From: Lytechinus pictus
Lineage: Eukaryota
DNA length: 64,000 bases
Reading direction: 5' to 3'
Assembly: GCF_037042905.1 (NCBI RefSeq)
Contig: NC_087251.1
Location: 47,244,001 to 47,308,000, forward strand
Below the pieces are notes generated by a model, which was given only the letters and a program-made list of their open reading frames with translations, did not search any database and was not told where the DNA came from. A program made the position numbers and the translations under genes. Shown here one piece after another: positions 37,337 through 49,512 of this stretch (position 1 is its first letter; each line of letters starts with the position of its first letter).

Positions 37337-38655
37337 TAGGGCATGAATTCTATTATAAAGAAAAGTGAAGTTTAAAGTTCGAGCGAAGATTTTATTTTCT
37401 GGAAAAGATAAACGCATTTGATCAAAGGTTATAAAGTGATATGCATTGTCCAGAAATAAATACAAATATGAAATTCGACAATATAAATAAACGCTTTTCC
37501 AAAGCTTTGTCACAAAAAAATAATCGATGAGAGTCATATATGTATATCATTCAATTTTTCACTATTTGCATTAGAAAAGTACATAAAAATACGAATTATT
37601 TTCCCCATATGTTATGGTTCAACGTGCCACATAGAATTTAAAGTAGTCATACATAAGAACACTAATGTATACAAAATGGTACTTCCATATACCTATTCAG
37701 ATTCTCTATGTAAAAATACATTATCATGGTGATAAAGTTTTTACATATTTTCGTTTATATAATGCACAGAAATCTAATCGTAGCAATGTTTTTCTTTCAC
37801 ACGCAAGGTAATCTAATACTTTTTAATATAATAGCTCATATATTTACTTTGTATGGCATTATATTTACTGGTTATCTCTTGTTATCATGTATGAAAATTA
37901 TATATCCAATTGAAGCTCGACACTTTCCACTACACACACACACAACATAACGGCACACACAGCCTCACGCACACCCACACCCACACAATACTGATTCATC
38001 AATTAATTTGTGTTTGATAATGTTTAAGGTCGGTAATTAGGGCATCATTTAGAATAAGAAAAAAGTGAGTCGAAGAGAAACACGAATCTCATTCAAAATA
38101 ATTTTGGGTCTAGAAATAAATACTAAACAAGAAATACAGATAAATGAAAGTAGTTGGAGAAAACACTAATTTCAAGAGAAAGTCTGTGAAACCAAGATCA
38201 GTTGCCACTTTTACATTGTATATCTAGATTTGGTAGAGTTATACATAAGTTGAACTTTGTGAAACCATAGAATATAAAACGATTACACTGTAGATTGTAA
38301 AAACAGATAAACACACGTGGGGGCAGTGTATTAAAATTGCTTGGAAAAATAACAGACACTTTGCTTGGATCCCATTTTTATTTTGCTAATTTTGTCGGTA
38401 ACTAGACAATTTTTTCCAGAATCCTTTGGCACAAAGAGACACCTGGCAGGTCATTTTATTGGATTCCGTAAGAACTCATTTTGAAACCATTACCACAATT
38501 GGTATGTATCGTTCAAACCATGAATAATAAATAGATTTGCACATGTTTTCTCAGTATTTACCCAGTACACATTGTACAAGAGGGCAGCACACGATTCTCA
38601 ACATCATCCTTGTAAGAAAATCCATTATCCAACTACATACCTGGCAAGTTACATG

Positions 38656-40089
38656 TTATAACGTGTATTTAAGTTCATCGTATAGCTTATAGTCAAGAAG
38701 TTTTAAGGCAGCTCTGCACTCCTTTTCAATCTGTCTTATTTCTAATTCAGAAAGATCAACAATCCAATGAGTGGCTGCTTCAAGAGAATTTCTTCGATTT
38801 GAAAAGATATCACCATCCCTGTAAATAGCATTGGTGTTCGCCTCAATCCAATGTTCAAGGTATTTTGGAAATGGCAATCCTATAAACTCGTAGATCTCTT
38901 TCGAGATATTTACAGGTTCCACAGCAAAGTCTTCATACCTGATAAGTTTGTAGTGTCCTTGCAACCATTCTGGCAAATGATTTCTCGAGGTCTTTGCATT
39001 TCTTTCAATCCATTTGCACATTCCACGAGCAGTTGGATTGTTTTCTCTCATCTCCTGAATGTACATGAGCGCATCGGGGACTGTGTCCAGGAGACCGAGC
39101 GGTTTCAGTCTCCCAGTGCCTCTGAAATATTGCTGATCTGGTTGGTACCTCTCAGTGATATAATCGATCCTAGACGCAGCTGCTGCTCGAGGATCCCGCA
39201 CCAGATGGATGATCCTCAGGTCAATGTCGTCCATTTCAACGAGGGGTCTTAAATCCTCGAGATCAACACGAATTATTTTTGTGGCAATATTTTCTCTGGA
39301 AGTCCTGCAGAAGTTCTCAAACCACTGTTCACCGGATAACAGACACTCTGGGCTAAGGTTACATATGGCTCTGTTTTGGAAAGGGTGCCATTCGCTGTAC
39401 GTCCAGACAAAGTCGCTATTGAACTTACAATGCGCCAATTCGCGAAGGATCTGACGGGACACGTCCCTTGTCGATGGCCTTGTATATCTTTCAGGTTGTC
39501 TCCACACAGACTTTAACCTATTGAGAGTCCACAGGGGTTCAAATAAATAGAATGCATCCAGGTTCTGATTGAAGAGTTCGCCAACTATACTTGAACCAAA
39601 CCGCCACTGGGCCAGAAGGATAGTGAGCTTTGGAGAGGTTACCGGTGGTACGTTCCTAAAAAGTAACCGAGGAAGGTTAATAGTGTTGTCCTCTTCCTCA
39701 ACGGTATCGTCACTTAACCCCATCAGTGAAGATCTAAGGTGATCAAACAAACTACCGCCACCATAATTCCTACTTTTACTTACACCTTGTTCTGCCATGT
39801 GCAGATCTTCAATTAATAATCCTTTGTCAAGGTACTGCTTGTTTTTGTCTCTCCCAAATACATCAGACGGTGAACGCATGTTCGTATGTGAATTAACAGC
39901 CTCCTGCTCTTCTATGTTCCTGATAACCGGTGCATTTAAAAGTCTGGACCTGTGTGAGCTAACTAATTTCACACGACGATGCTTGATAATACGAAAATTC
40001 TCGTGTTTATTGAACAATATGGAGAGGACAACCATTTGGCTTAACGCGAATATCACTGAACATACATGTACACATCGGCGAAACGCCAT
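38656..40089 (-). CDS. Carbohydrate sulfotransferase (Gal/GlcNAc-6-O-sulfotransferase, CHST1/3/4/5-like), 477 aa, paralog 2
   Basis: Same architecture as 31797-33230: TM anchor, LAQWRFGSSIVGELFNQN, FYLFEP, HLVRDPRAAAASR, YKLIRYEDF; uninterrupted ORF. Confidence 0.93.
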   Translation of the reverse strand: MAFRRCVHVCSVIFALSQMVVLSILFNKHENFRIIKHRRVKLVSSHRSRLLNAPVIRNIEEQEAVNSHTNMRSPSDVFGRDKNKQYLDKGLLIEDLHMAEQGVSKSRNYGGGSLFDHLRSSLMGLSDDTVEEEDNTINLPRLLFRNVPPVTSPKLTILLAQWRFGSSIVGELFNQNLDAFYLFEPLWTLNRLKSVWRQPERYTRPSTRDVSRQILRELAHCKFNSDFVWTYSEWHPFQNRAICNLSPECLLSGEQWFENFCRTSRENIATKIIRVDLEDLRPLVEMDDIDLRIIHLVRDPRAAAASRIDYITERYQPDQQYFRGTGRLKPLGLLDTVPDALMYIQEMRENNPTARGMCKWIERNAKTSRNHLPEWLQGHYKLIRYEDFAVEPVNISKEIYEFIGLPFPKYLEHWIEANTNAIYRDGDIFSNRRNSLEAATHWIVDLSELEIRQIEKECRAALKLLDYKLYDELKYTL

Positions 40090-41190
40090 TTTGTTGATAT
40101 CCGAATGAATTATGCTACAATGAATAACGCCTTTTTAAGCAAATAGAAATTCTCCTCGACCGAGAACGGAACAACAAAGATGTGTTAGACGGTTGCGATC
40201 ATTTCATCGCTAGGTCTAACGATTTTGAACAATATATCTTACCCTTCAATTGTAAAAATTCATTCGAACACGAACGCACATTTCCAAGGGTTCTCTTTGT
40301 AAAAATAAATAAGTATGATTTTTTTTCATTTGACCCTTGGCAACCTTTCTTTACGGGAATACTAGGATTCGCATATTTCGGGGAGAATGGAAAACATATC
40401 CTCAGGGAATTCATCTGACGGAAATTCAAATGACAATTTTAATTCCTACGTGATTGCGAGGGATAAAACTAACGCATATTTAGCTTTGCATAGCCAGAAC
40501 GACCCACCAGTTTTCGCAGTTACCTGAATACAGAATGTAATAGTACTGCCTGAATAATTCAATTATTATAGCGTGTTCGAAATATAATGACCCTCTTATT
40601 GTAAACAAATCAAGCGTGCCGAAGCATTCCCGGATTTAGGAGGGGGAGGAGAGAATCCCAAGGGAGTCACCATTTTGGAGGGGGGGGCTCATTTTACAAT
40701 TTTCGGCGACAATTAAAGCAGTATGAAGAATTTTTCCTAGGGGTGGTGGGAAAAAGAGTGATTTTTTTTCGCTTTTGCTTTTTAATCATGAAATTGAAAT
40801 ATGCTTTGCCCACTCTCAACTTTTTTTTACCTGTTTTTCATGAGTCCTTTAACGGTTACCATGGCATTTTCTCCGGCGACAATTGCCCCGCTGCAAATTC
40901 TACTCACTAATGGAATAACCAACTTCGACCCTGGATTTAACGCTATAAGTCTACCCTATCCTAAACCTAATCCTAAACCTTACACAAAAAACCTATTACA
41001 ACAACAACTCTATATCTTAGACGAAATATTTCCCGGAGAAAATGTCGTGTCCCCCCCCCCCTTAACATCGTAGATGTTGAAAAGGGGGTGTTTAAAGTAA
41101 GGCCATGAACAAAATAAAACACTACAAACTACCAATGGGACTGAAAAGTAATGCTGTTACATAATTTACTGCGTATTCAAAACTGCTTAA

Positions 41191-41792
41191 AGGTCAAGTC
41201 CACCTCAAAAAATATTTATTAGAATCAATAGAGAAAAATCAGACAAGCACAATGCTGAAAATTTCATCAAAATCGGATGTAAAATAAGAAAGTTATGACA
41301 TTTCAAAGTTTCGCTTATTTTCCCAAAATAGTTATATGAACGAGTCAGTTTACATCCAAATGAAAGAGTTGATGATGTCACTCACTCACTATTTCTTTTG
41401 TTTTTTATTGTTTGAATTATACAATATTTCTATTTTTACGAAATTGACAATTCGGACCTCCTTGCCTGAACCACAAAATGTTCAAATAATGGAATTCCAC
41501 GTGTTCAGGGAGGAATGAAACTTCATTTCACATGACAATGACGAGAAAATCAAAATATTTCATATTTCATATAATAAAATACAAAAGAAATAGTGAGTGA
41601 GTGATGTCATCAGTTCCCTCGTTTGCATACCAACCGAAATGTGCATATAACTGTTTTGTGAAATGAAGTGAAACTTTAAAATGTCATAACTTTCTTATTT
41701 TACATCCGATTTTGATGAAATTTTCAGTGTTAGGCTTGTTGGATTTTTCTCTTTTTATTCAAATTAAGTGTTTGTTGGGGTGGACTTGTCCT
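41191..41792. mobile_element. Kolobok/T2-type MITE, family A copy 2
   Basis: TTAA|AGGTCAAGTCCACC ... GGTGGACTTGTCCT|TTAA; opposite orientation to 10894-11475. Confidence 0.92.
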
Positions 41793-42317
41793 TTAAGCGA
41801 AACCAATGGAATAATCACAGATCAAGTTACCAAACTATATACATTAGATTGCTACTTCCGAACGTTATATTGAGAATAATACTTGATTTTTGAATGAATG
41901 TAGCAGTTCACCATTTCTGGAAATAAGGTGTATATGCTACGCTCTCCAATGAATGCATTATTGCGCAAGTCATCTGAAATTATGCAAAGCAATTTCGCTT
42001 TATTTGCGGTCGGTTTGTGATTCAAGGTCTAACAATACTTGTTAGGGATCAACAGTACACTCAGCCGTGTTATCTTCTTTTCTTTTGTTTGCTCGGGAGG
42101 TAAAATATGAAAGAGCTGTATTTTCAAAGGTGAATGGGAGACTGTGCAAAATAGAATAATGAAGATAGAAATCACTTGGAAAGCACGTCGAAGCGGTGAC
42201 TCATAGCTGTATCACAATAAATAAGCAGATAGGAATATATTCGTCAATAACAATACAATTGCAATCATCATTAGATCATAAAAGAATCGCAATTGGCCTG
42301 TTAACAGTTTAGTATTT

Positions 42318-43136
42318 GAAGAGCTCACTTGCAAAAGGGGTTAGGTCCATTTTTCATCAAATTTGATTTTTTGGTCTCAATGTATAGATTTTTAGTAGCT
42401 CTATAAGATGATACCAAAGAAAAGTTTAAATTCCTATTTAAAAGTGATCAAAAATGGCAAAGAAAAATCACTTTTTTTCAAATGGGGTTAGGTCCATTTC
42501 AGTTTAGTTGCAAAAGGGATTAGGTCCACACCGAATTTTTTTGGGAAAGAATATTTTAAAAAATATGAATAAAGGTAGATTTCTTTTATACCCAATTTTA
42601 TGTTGTCATGGTAGGGAATCTTGAAAATTTAGTTTCGCATAGAATATGCAATATAGGAGAATAAAAAAAATGATTTTCTTGGAGTGGACCTAACCCCTTT
42701 TGCAAACAAACTCTTCTGAAGAGCTCATTTGTCAAGAGGGGTTAGGTCCATTGTTCATAAATATTATTGTTTTCTGTCTCAAAACCTCTAAATTTTTAGT
42801 CGCTTTGATGAAAACAAAGAAAATTTGAAATTTACATGAAAACGTGAAAAAAAAGTGGCAAAGAAAAATCACTTTTTTAATCAAAATAGATTGGATTCAT
42901 TTCAGTTTACTTGCAAAAGGGGTTAGGTCCACAATGATAATTTTTAAAAGAATTTATAGGAAAAAAATGAAGACAGGTAGATTTCTTTTATACCCAATTT
43001 TATGTTCACATGATAGGGTAGTACATCATGACAATTTAGTTTCTCATAAGAATATTGCAGTAAGTGGGAATAAAAAACATGGTTTTTCGCAGAATGGTCC
43101 AAAGTGGACCTAAGCCCTTTTGCAACTAAACTCTTC
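42318..43136 (+). mobile_element. Head-to-tail dimer of a ~400-bp MITE with ATTT TSD (Sola1-like)
   Basis: ATTT|GAAGAGCTCACTTGCAAAAGGGGTTAGGTCCA...TGGACCTAACCCCTTTTGCAAACAAACTCTTC (42318-42716), a single T, second monomer 42718-43136 ending AAACTCTTC|ATTT. Confidence 0.85.
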
Positions 43137-43560
43137 ATTTACCGGTATAACACCTTAAAACTGAAATGCTAAATCACCATTTAAAAGTGCCGAGTAATGC
43201 CCATGTTTTCGAAGTGTTCGATAAATAAATTAAAATATATAAATTCAACACGATAGTGGTTGCATTTAACGTGATATCAGTTGATTTTACCCCCAAAAAA
43301 GGTGGTCACTTATTGGCACTTAAATGGTGATAAAACATTTTAGTTACAAGAATATGATACATTTATGACATATCCATTATCAATGATATAAAAAGGATAC
43401 ATTTCATTTTGATACACATTAATATGAAAAGGCAAATGAGATTATATATACCAAAATAGAACATAAAAAGTATAAGCGTTTGATGCCGCTAGTAAAATAT
43501 ATATGGATATAGTTCATCTAATTACATAGTAAATCCCATTTACTTAGTAATTTTTTTTCA

Positions 43561-43731
43561 TAAAACGAATAAAAAAGAAAAATCGATTCGACGTGTTCAG
43601 ACGTTGATACAGTGTTTATTCCTGTTTACATTGTAAAATTTTATTATCTTCTTTATAAAAACGAATAAAAGGAAAAATCAACTCGAAGTGTTCGGACGTT
43701 TACACTGTTGTTCCCGTTTGCAATTGTCAAA
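43561..43731. repeat. Diverged tandem duplication (~96-bp period)
   Basis: TAAAACGAATAAAA..GAAAAATC...GTGTTC.GACGTT...TTCC.GTTT occurs twice. Confidence 0.7.
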
Positions 43732-46140
43732 AGGAGGATGAAGATTGACCATGGCGACTCCTTATAAGACTAACATTGGCTATCACACTTAGGCCCTATC
43801 GATCCTTTTCACCATCCATAGTCAGTGTGTCCAAATGGCTGCGAGCAATGTGACGGTTCATAAGTTCATTAATGCATATTGCTCATAGATATGCCCGGAC
43901 GATGAACTCGGTGTCGCCTCCTACCCCAATTTGCAAGAAATAGTTCATTGGCATGGTTGAATCCCTGTCTTCGTGTTCGAGGGAAGGGTTGCTCGTGGTA
44001 GGCGGCGGCATCTCGGGCGTTCTCCGTCATCCAAATTGCTCGCCGGTCGGAAGCAATCCCCCATCGGGCTTCCTCGCCGTTTCGGCCAAGACTCCCGCGC
44101 ATTTCCGTCGCAGACGACACTTTTTTAAAGAGGGGTATCGCGATTCGATCGCGATACCCATGGGGTGGCGGGATAGGATGGGTTATTCCACCACATGAAT
44201 GTAATTGCCATGGCATGATTCGTCAGTGAAACCTATACCTCAACTTTCATCAAGATCCAGGCACGCCAAAGAAATGTCACGATGTCCTAGAAAGACTTTA
44301 GCCTACCACTCTTTCAATCACCATGATTATAACTTCACTTTTTTCTCTCTCGCAAGAAGCCATCAAAGCAATTCTTTCTATTGCGCGGAGCAGATAAATA
44401 GGAGAGTAAACATTTATAAATATGGAATGTAAAACCGAAGGCATAATTATGGCAAGATACATTAAGCTTGTGAAATGCTCCTTTTTTGTTAATTTTTGTT
44501 GCATTTTTCAATGTTCTCAGTTATACATTCAGATCACCCACATGCACTTCTACCCATGTTTAAAGCAAACTAATTATCATTGTTTGCCAATCGTGCGCTT
44601 TCCAGAATTTGTTGTGTAAAAACATTTGTCTGCGATTTCAGTTCAGGATGTGTTTTTAAAAGTGGCTGTTGGTAACGCACTTAACGCTCTATAGATGATT
44701 TATCGTTTTTGTAGCGTAAAATATCATGACTATCATTAAACTTTATGTATAGGTTTTCACATTTTGTACCTTGAAAAGATATAGTTTTTCCAGGATTGGA
44801 GTAAGGTTAAATCTGAAGTTAGACACAGAATACTTACATTTGATATGAGTTTGAGACAAGGGTCCTTTATAACACTTTTTTGTGAGGTTAAAACCAAAGG
44901 CGTCTGGTGCCTCTCCGGGACATTTTCCCGAGTTGTATCACGAATTTTCCAAGACCCTGTTTTTATTAACATCCCTTCTTACGGCAGACAGAAACTAATA
45001 GTACAAAATTGACTTATATAACACACAACCCCGCTTTGTCTCAGTTCATTAATGATTTCATAGCCAAGTTAATGTATTTGCAGGAAGCACATGGAGCTTC
45101 ATTACCCGGAGCCCCTGATCTTTGGCTGAAGACCTTTCTTGGGTTAATGAATATGGGGCCAGCCTCGTTAATGATATAGTCACATGCACCATGGACCTAC
45201 TAGAGATGGTCACACAAACAAAATTTTTGGTGTGACTGGCATTAACATGAATGTCCCTTAAGCCATGATATAGGCTTAAAAGGGCAATTTGTCATTCGTA
45301 CAGGGAAGGACCTCTCGGGTCACGTCTTACAAGGACTTGTGAGTGATTTGATCAACCACAACTATGGAAATCCGTCAATGTCATTTTACATCTCCATATA
45401 CACAAAATGTAAGCGACGTATCTTTGGAAACAAGGAGTAGCACATTCTCTGTTCTATCAAGGCGTCAGTTCTCGAAGACCCTAACTTCAGGATAAATTCC
45501 AGTTCCAAAGCACCCCAATTTGCAGAGAGCCATCTAGATATAAGCCTCCCATTTCATAGCAATTTCAGTTCATAAGGGTATGGTTTCAGATTTTGGGGCC
45601 GCACACTTTTCTTCATGCAGATTTCAAAAATTCCAAGTGCCCACCGCCCCCCCCCCCCCCCGGCCCGCGTATACATCATATCTTGAAAACTGTCTGACGT
45701 TCCTGGCTGATGGGTCGCACGCTTTCTATAGTTGAGATCGATCGATCGGATCAATCGTAACTCTTTGTAAAATCCCCCGGACTCAAAGTGAAGAAAAGAG
45801 AGAGAATTGTTCAAAGTAATCTCAGAGGCAGACCATGCAGACAGAGATTGGTATGACATATTTACTCAATGTATATGTATGTTTTATGCTTTATTCCGCA
45901 GGTAAACAGATACTATGTTTACATGCATATTGTCCTTATTTTCTTTCTCCCTCTCTGGGCTTCGTTCTCCCTCTCCCTATACATGTAGATCTACTCTCTG
46001 TTCCTCCTTGAGTCCTTTCCCGTACGCCTTTTTTCATTTTATTTCATTCCCTGTTACTCTCTCTCTCTCTTTCTTTACTTCCTTTCTTGAGCTTTTTATC
46101 TTTTTTTGTTGCATAGGCCTATGGAAATTGAAAATTTGAG

Positions 46141-46306
46141 ATAATAATAACATACAGTTCTTGTGTAGCGCATATCACATTATGAATAATGCCTCTATGC
46201 GCTTCCAAAGGACTTGGATATTACTACTCCAGCTGTAGCTTGGCAGCCGTAATTACTAAGATTACAGCGCACACGCATCTCAAGAAATAAATTCCTGCCA
46301 GGTACC
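46141..46306 (-). mobile_element. 5'-truncated SINE with L2-type 3' tail
   Basis: Minus strand ends AAGCGCATAGAGG...TGCGCTACACAAGAACTGTATG(TTA)n, an L2/SINE2-type stem-loop tail. Confidence 0.6.
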
Positions 46307-46439
46307 GAATGATCACAATTTTTGTCTTGTTAAAGTGTATATATTAAATATTCTCATGTTGAATGTATTCATAGAATCTATTTTGTATCTCATATAGGAT
46401 ATTCATGTCTTTATGTAATGTCAATCATAATTGACAATT

Positions 46440-46525
46440 TATTTATTCATTATTTATTTCGTTTTGTTTACCCAGGGTAACCCCATCATTGGACTAAGCA
46501 CTGTTTTTCTTGGGGGCCCTGCATA
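46440..46525 (-). mobile_element. LINE/SINE 3'-tail fragment
   Basis: Minus strand ATGCAGGGCCC...GGTTACCCTGGGTAAACAAAACG(AAAT)n, similar to the tail of the SINE at 204-458. Confidence 0.5.
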
Positions 46526-47255
46526 CAAGTAACAAATACATCAAATAAATACAAACAATGAAAAGTATTAAACAAGGAAGAAAATATGTTCAAAGAGACA
46601 AGCAACAATATTTTTTCTTCTTCTATGTTCTTCATGTCACTTTCCTCTTCATCACTTTTTTTTATTTTTCTTTCTATCTCACTAAATTTTCTCTGACTAT
46701 TTTTAAAGTCATTTCCCCTCTCCTCCCCCTTTCAATCCATTACTCCCCTTTCTCGCTCCCTCTCTCTCTCTTCCCCTGTGCTTATTCCTCTCTTCCTCAA
46801 TCTTCCAATTATGAGATACATCTTTTAAGTAGACTTAAGTTTTGATATAGGATACTGTAATCACGTTTTCGTTCATTTGCTTTGTTATATTGTACTTCAG
46901 GCGTTTTGTAAATTGACCCTTTCAGCATGAGCTACTGGTCAATTTTATGTGCGTATATAATAATTAATAATAATAAAATAGTCCAATCTGATGGAGTCAG
47001 AAGTATAAATACAAGTATTGGTCAGGTGTAAGAGTACAGGAGGGGCAGGGGGGCCCCCTAAAAAATGTTCAATTAGTGAAATAAAAGGGAAATGATATTA
47101 ACAAAAAGAAAGAAAGAAAGTGCAGAAAAGAAGTAAGATGATAAAAAATAGAGAACTTTGTAGTGCAAATCTAAGCTTTGGCTAACTGAAACCGATCACC
47201 TTGCTCCTTATCAAACTACCCAGGCGTTGTCCCTAATAATGGTTATTATAAGGAT

Positions 47256-47725
47256 TTTTTTTCTCCGCGGCGTAGAACGGATTCAAGAACATAGCAAAAC
47301 TATTGGCAAATGCCCTTCACGACAAAAGAGCAACCAAGAGGTCTTTGTCGAAAATTCGTGAATCAGAATAGCAGTTTCGTCCTGGACTCTGGACAAACCA
47401 CATATATTTGAAAGTTTTCGTCATCTCTGAAACTTAGGACGAAACTACTGTTCCGGTTCACCATTTTTTTTTCAAAGACCTTCCAGGGGCCCGTTTCATA
47501 AACAACTTGCAACTGTTGTAACTTAGCCATTATGGTAACTACCATGGTAACAGGGCTCAGCAGCCAATCAGAATCAAGGTTGCCATGGTATAGTTGCCAT
47601 AATGGCAAAGTTACAACAGTTGTAAATCTTTATGAAACGGGCCCCAGGTGTTCATTGTCATTTGACGGGCATATCATTACATTTACTGTGTACTTGAATC
47701 CGTTCTGCGTCACAGTGCGAAAACT
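47256..47725. mobile_element. Palindromic MITE family C, copy 2 (inverted), with nested Harbinger-like MITE
   Basis: Reverse-complement homology to 27773-28246; ends ...CGTTCTGCGTCACAGTGCGAAAACT. Confidence 0.65.
47487..47644. mobile_element. Harbinger-like MITE with CAG TSD
   Basis: CAG|GGGCCCGTTTCATAAA ... TTTATGAAACGGGCCC|CAG; nearly fully palindromic. Confidence 0.88.
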
Positions 47726-48965
47726 CCTTATTAGTGGAGCTACTGGTTGCATGGGTGGGGTGGGGCAGGGTTTTTGTTATGGATGAGGATTCTGCCCTTT
47801 ATTTTTGTAAATTTGGTATTTGTGTGTTTTTCAACACCATACATTTTTTGTCGAATTTACTTTAATAACTTGTTCACTTGATTTAATTTTAATTCAAATT
47901 TATGACAAAATTATTCATTCATCTAAAAATGATCGGTACTCTGATTCATTGGCACGTTTTTTTTTTCCTTTTAAATACTGCACAGTATAACCGTCAGATC
48001 CTTAGAAATTGTTGCCTCATTTGACGGTGGTGGCGGTGATGGTGGTGGCGGCGGTGGTGGAGGTAAATTGTATATTCAAGTGATAATGCTATATTAATTT
48101 GTTACCGTCTTCCTTAAATTACAAGTGATTTAAAAATAAATTAATCGTAGCATAAATGGAAGAGATCCCGGTCATTTGTGACTGAGCAGATTCTCTAAAC
48201 ATGTCACATTCGTCTGGAAACATTAATGGATGAGTGCTTGAATAGTTATATTACCAGCATGCCCGGCCAGCATGTTACTTCTGTCTTTGTCATTTCGGCA
48301 ATGTAACTTACTTAAAGGGGGAGTTCACCCTGATGTTGTATTTAAAAAAAATATGGAAGTTTGCGTTGTAAACATCCATCAAAATTAGCGAAGTAGTGGA
48401 TTTTTAAAGTTTGGATTTGTGTCAATCGTCACATGCGAGCGCTTCACATACTCACTCATGCAACATTGACGTATATGGACCCCATGGACGAACAGAGTAA
48501 TTTATGTAAATAACTCTGAAATGGGCAGTCCTTTCGATTATTTTCTTTATTTTATCTATTCAACATATTTGCAATTAATTTTGTTTATTTCAATTGATGC
48601 CATTTATGTTATTTATTTATGCTATATATATTTATGTATTGTGTTTTTTAATAATCGGAAAATAAATAAACAAACAAAAACAAACAAACCTGTATAGGGG
48701 TGCAATATTGAACTCTCAGTGAAAATGGTGTGAAACTATTGCAAGAACCTAGAATGTCATTTTCATTCTTGCATATACCGACAATTCGGTTCGTTTAATA
48801 AAACTATTTCAAATTTACAATAACACTTAAAAGCTACTGAAATCATTCAATTTGATTGGCTGATAGTAACTTTGTTATAGAAATCTTGCATTTGTTTTTA
48901 TATATCAAGTCTTTGCGAAATTAGACCAATTATGTACATTATCAGATGTTAATCATAACTGTTTT

Positions 48966-49480
48966 TTCATATACATTTCTTTTTTGGATATATTTTTATA
49001 CATATCACTTATAGATACATATTTACACTTACCTTCTTCTCTTAGTTTGTTTTATGCTTTATCATATATACTTATATGTCTTTTGCACATTATCAGTTGT
49101 TCCCCATTCTTTTCCTTTCTTTGTAACCTGTTTGACCCACCTCTCACTAATTCTCTTGTTATTCATCCCATTATCACTGTTTTGTTCCAGATCCTGTTTG
49201 ATGTTGCCTGCATCATTATCTTAATCCCTCTTGGCTTGAGGTCTTTTACTGGCCTTACTTACACTAACTTCCCTTTGTGTCTGCCTTCTCCTTTTCTTTC
49301 ATCCCCTTCACTAACCTGATTGGTCTTCTCTACTCACTAATGCCCCTTTTGTCTCCTTGTTTCTAGTGTTGCTGTAGCTTGTTTGTGGTCTATATTATGG
49401 TTGTTCCACTTTATATGTTTGTCATTTTGCCTCCGACGAAGATTCTGCTAGGATCGAAAGCTTCGGCCCCTTTTTGACTT
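48966..49480 (+). mobile_element. Retroposed insert with 13-bp TSD; Penelope-like element terminal repeat (pLTR) fragment
   Basis: TCATAACTGTTTT at 48953-48965 and 49481-49493; pyrimidine-rich body with CCAAT- and TATA-like motifs preceding a hammerhead-like motif at the 3' end. Confidence 0.7.
49429..49467 (+). ncRNA. Minimal type I hammerhead ribozyme-like motif (variant core)
   Basis: GCCU-CCGACGA-A-GAUUC(UGCUA)GGAUC-GAAA-GC-UU-CGGC: CUGANGA-like box (U4C), stem II, GAAA, palindromic AAGCUU in place of stem III, stem I GCCU/CGGC with one mismatch. Confidence 0.55.
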
Positions 49481-49512
49481 TCATAACTGTTTTGTTAGAA
49501 TAAGCGAAATTG

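Noticed and set aside
32100-39454. Plus-strand ORFs 32100-32396, 38851-39252 and 39209-39454 that resemble each other
   Set aside because: Antisense to the paralogous sulfotransferase CDSs, which explains their similarity.
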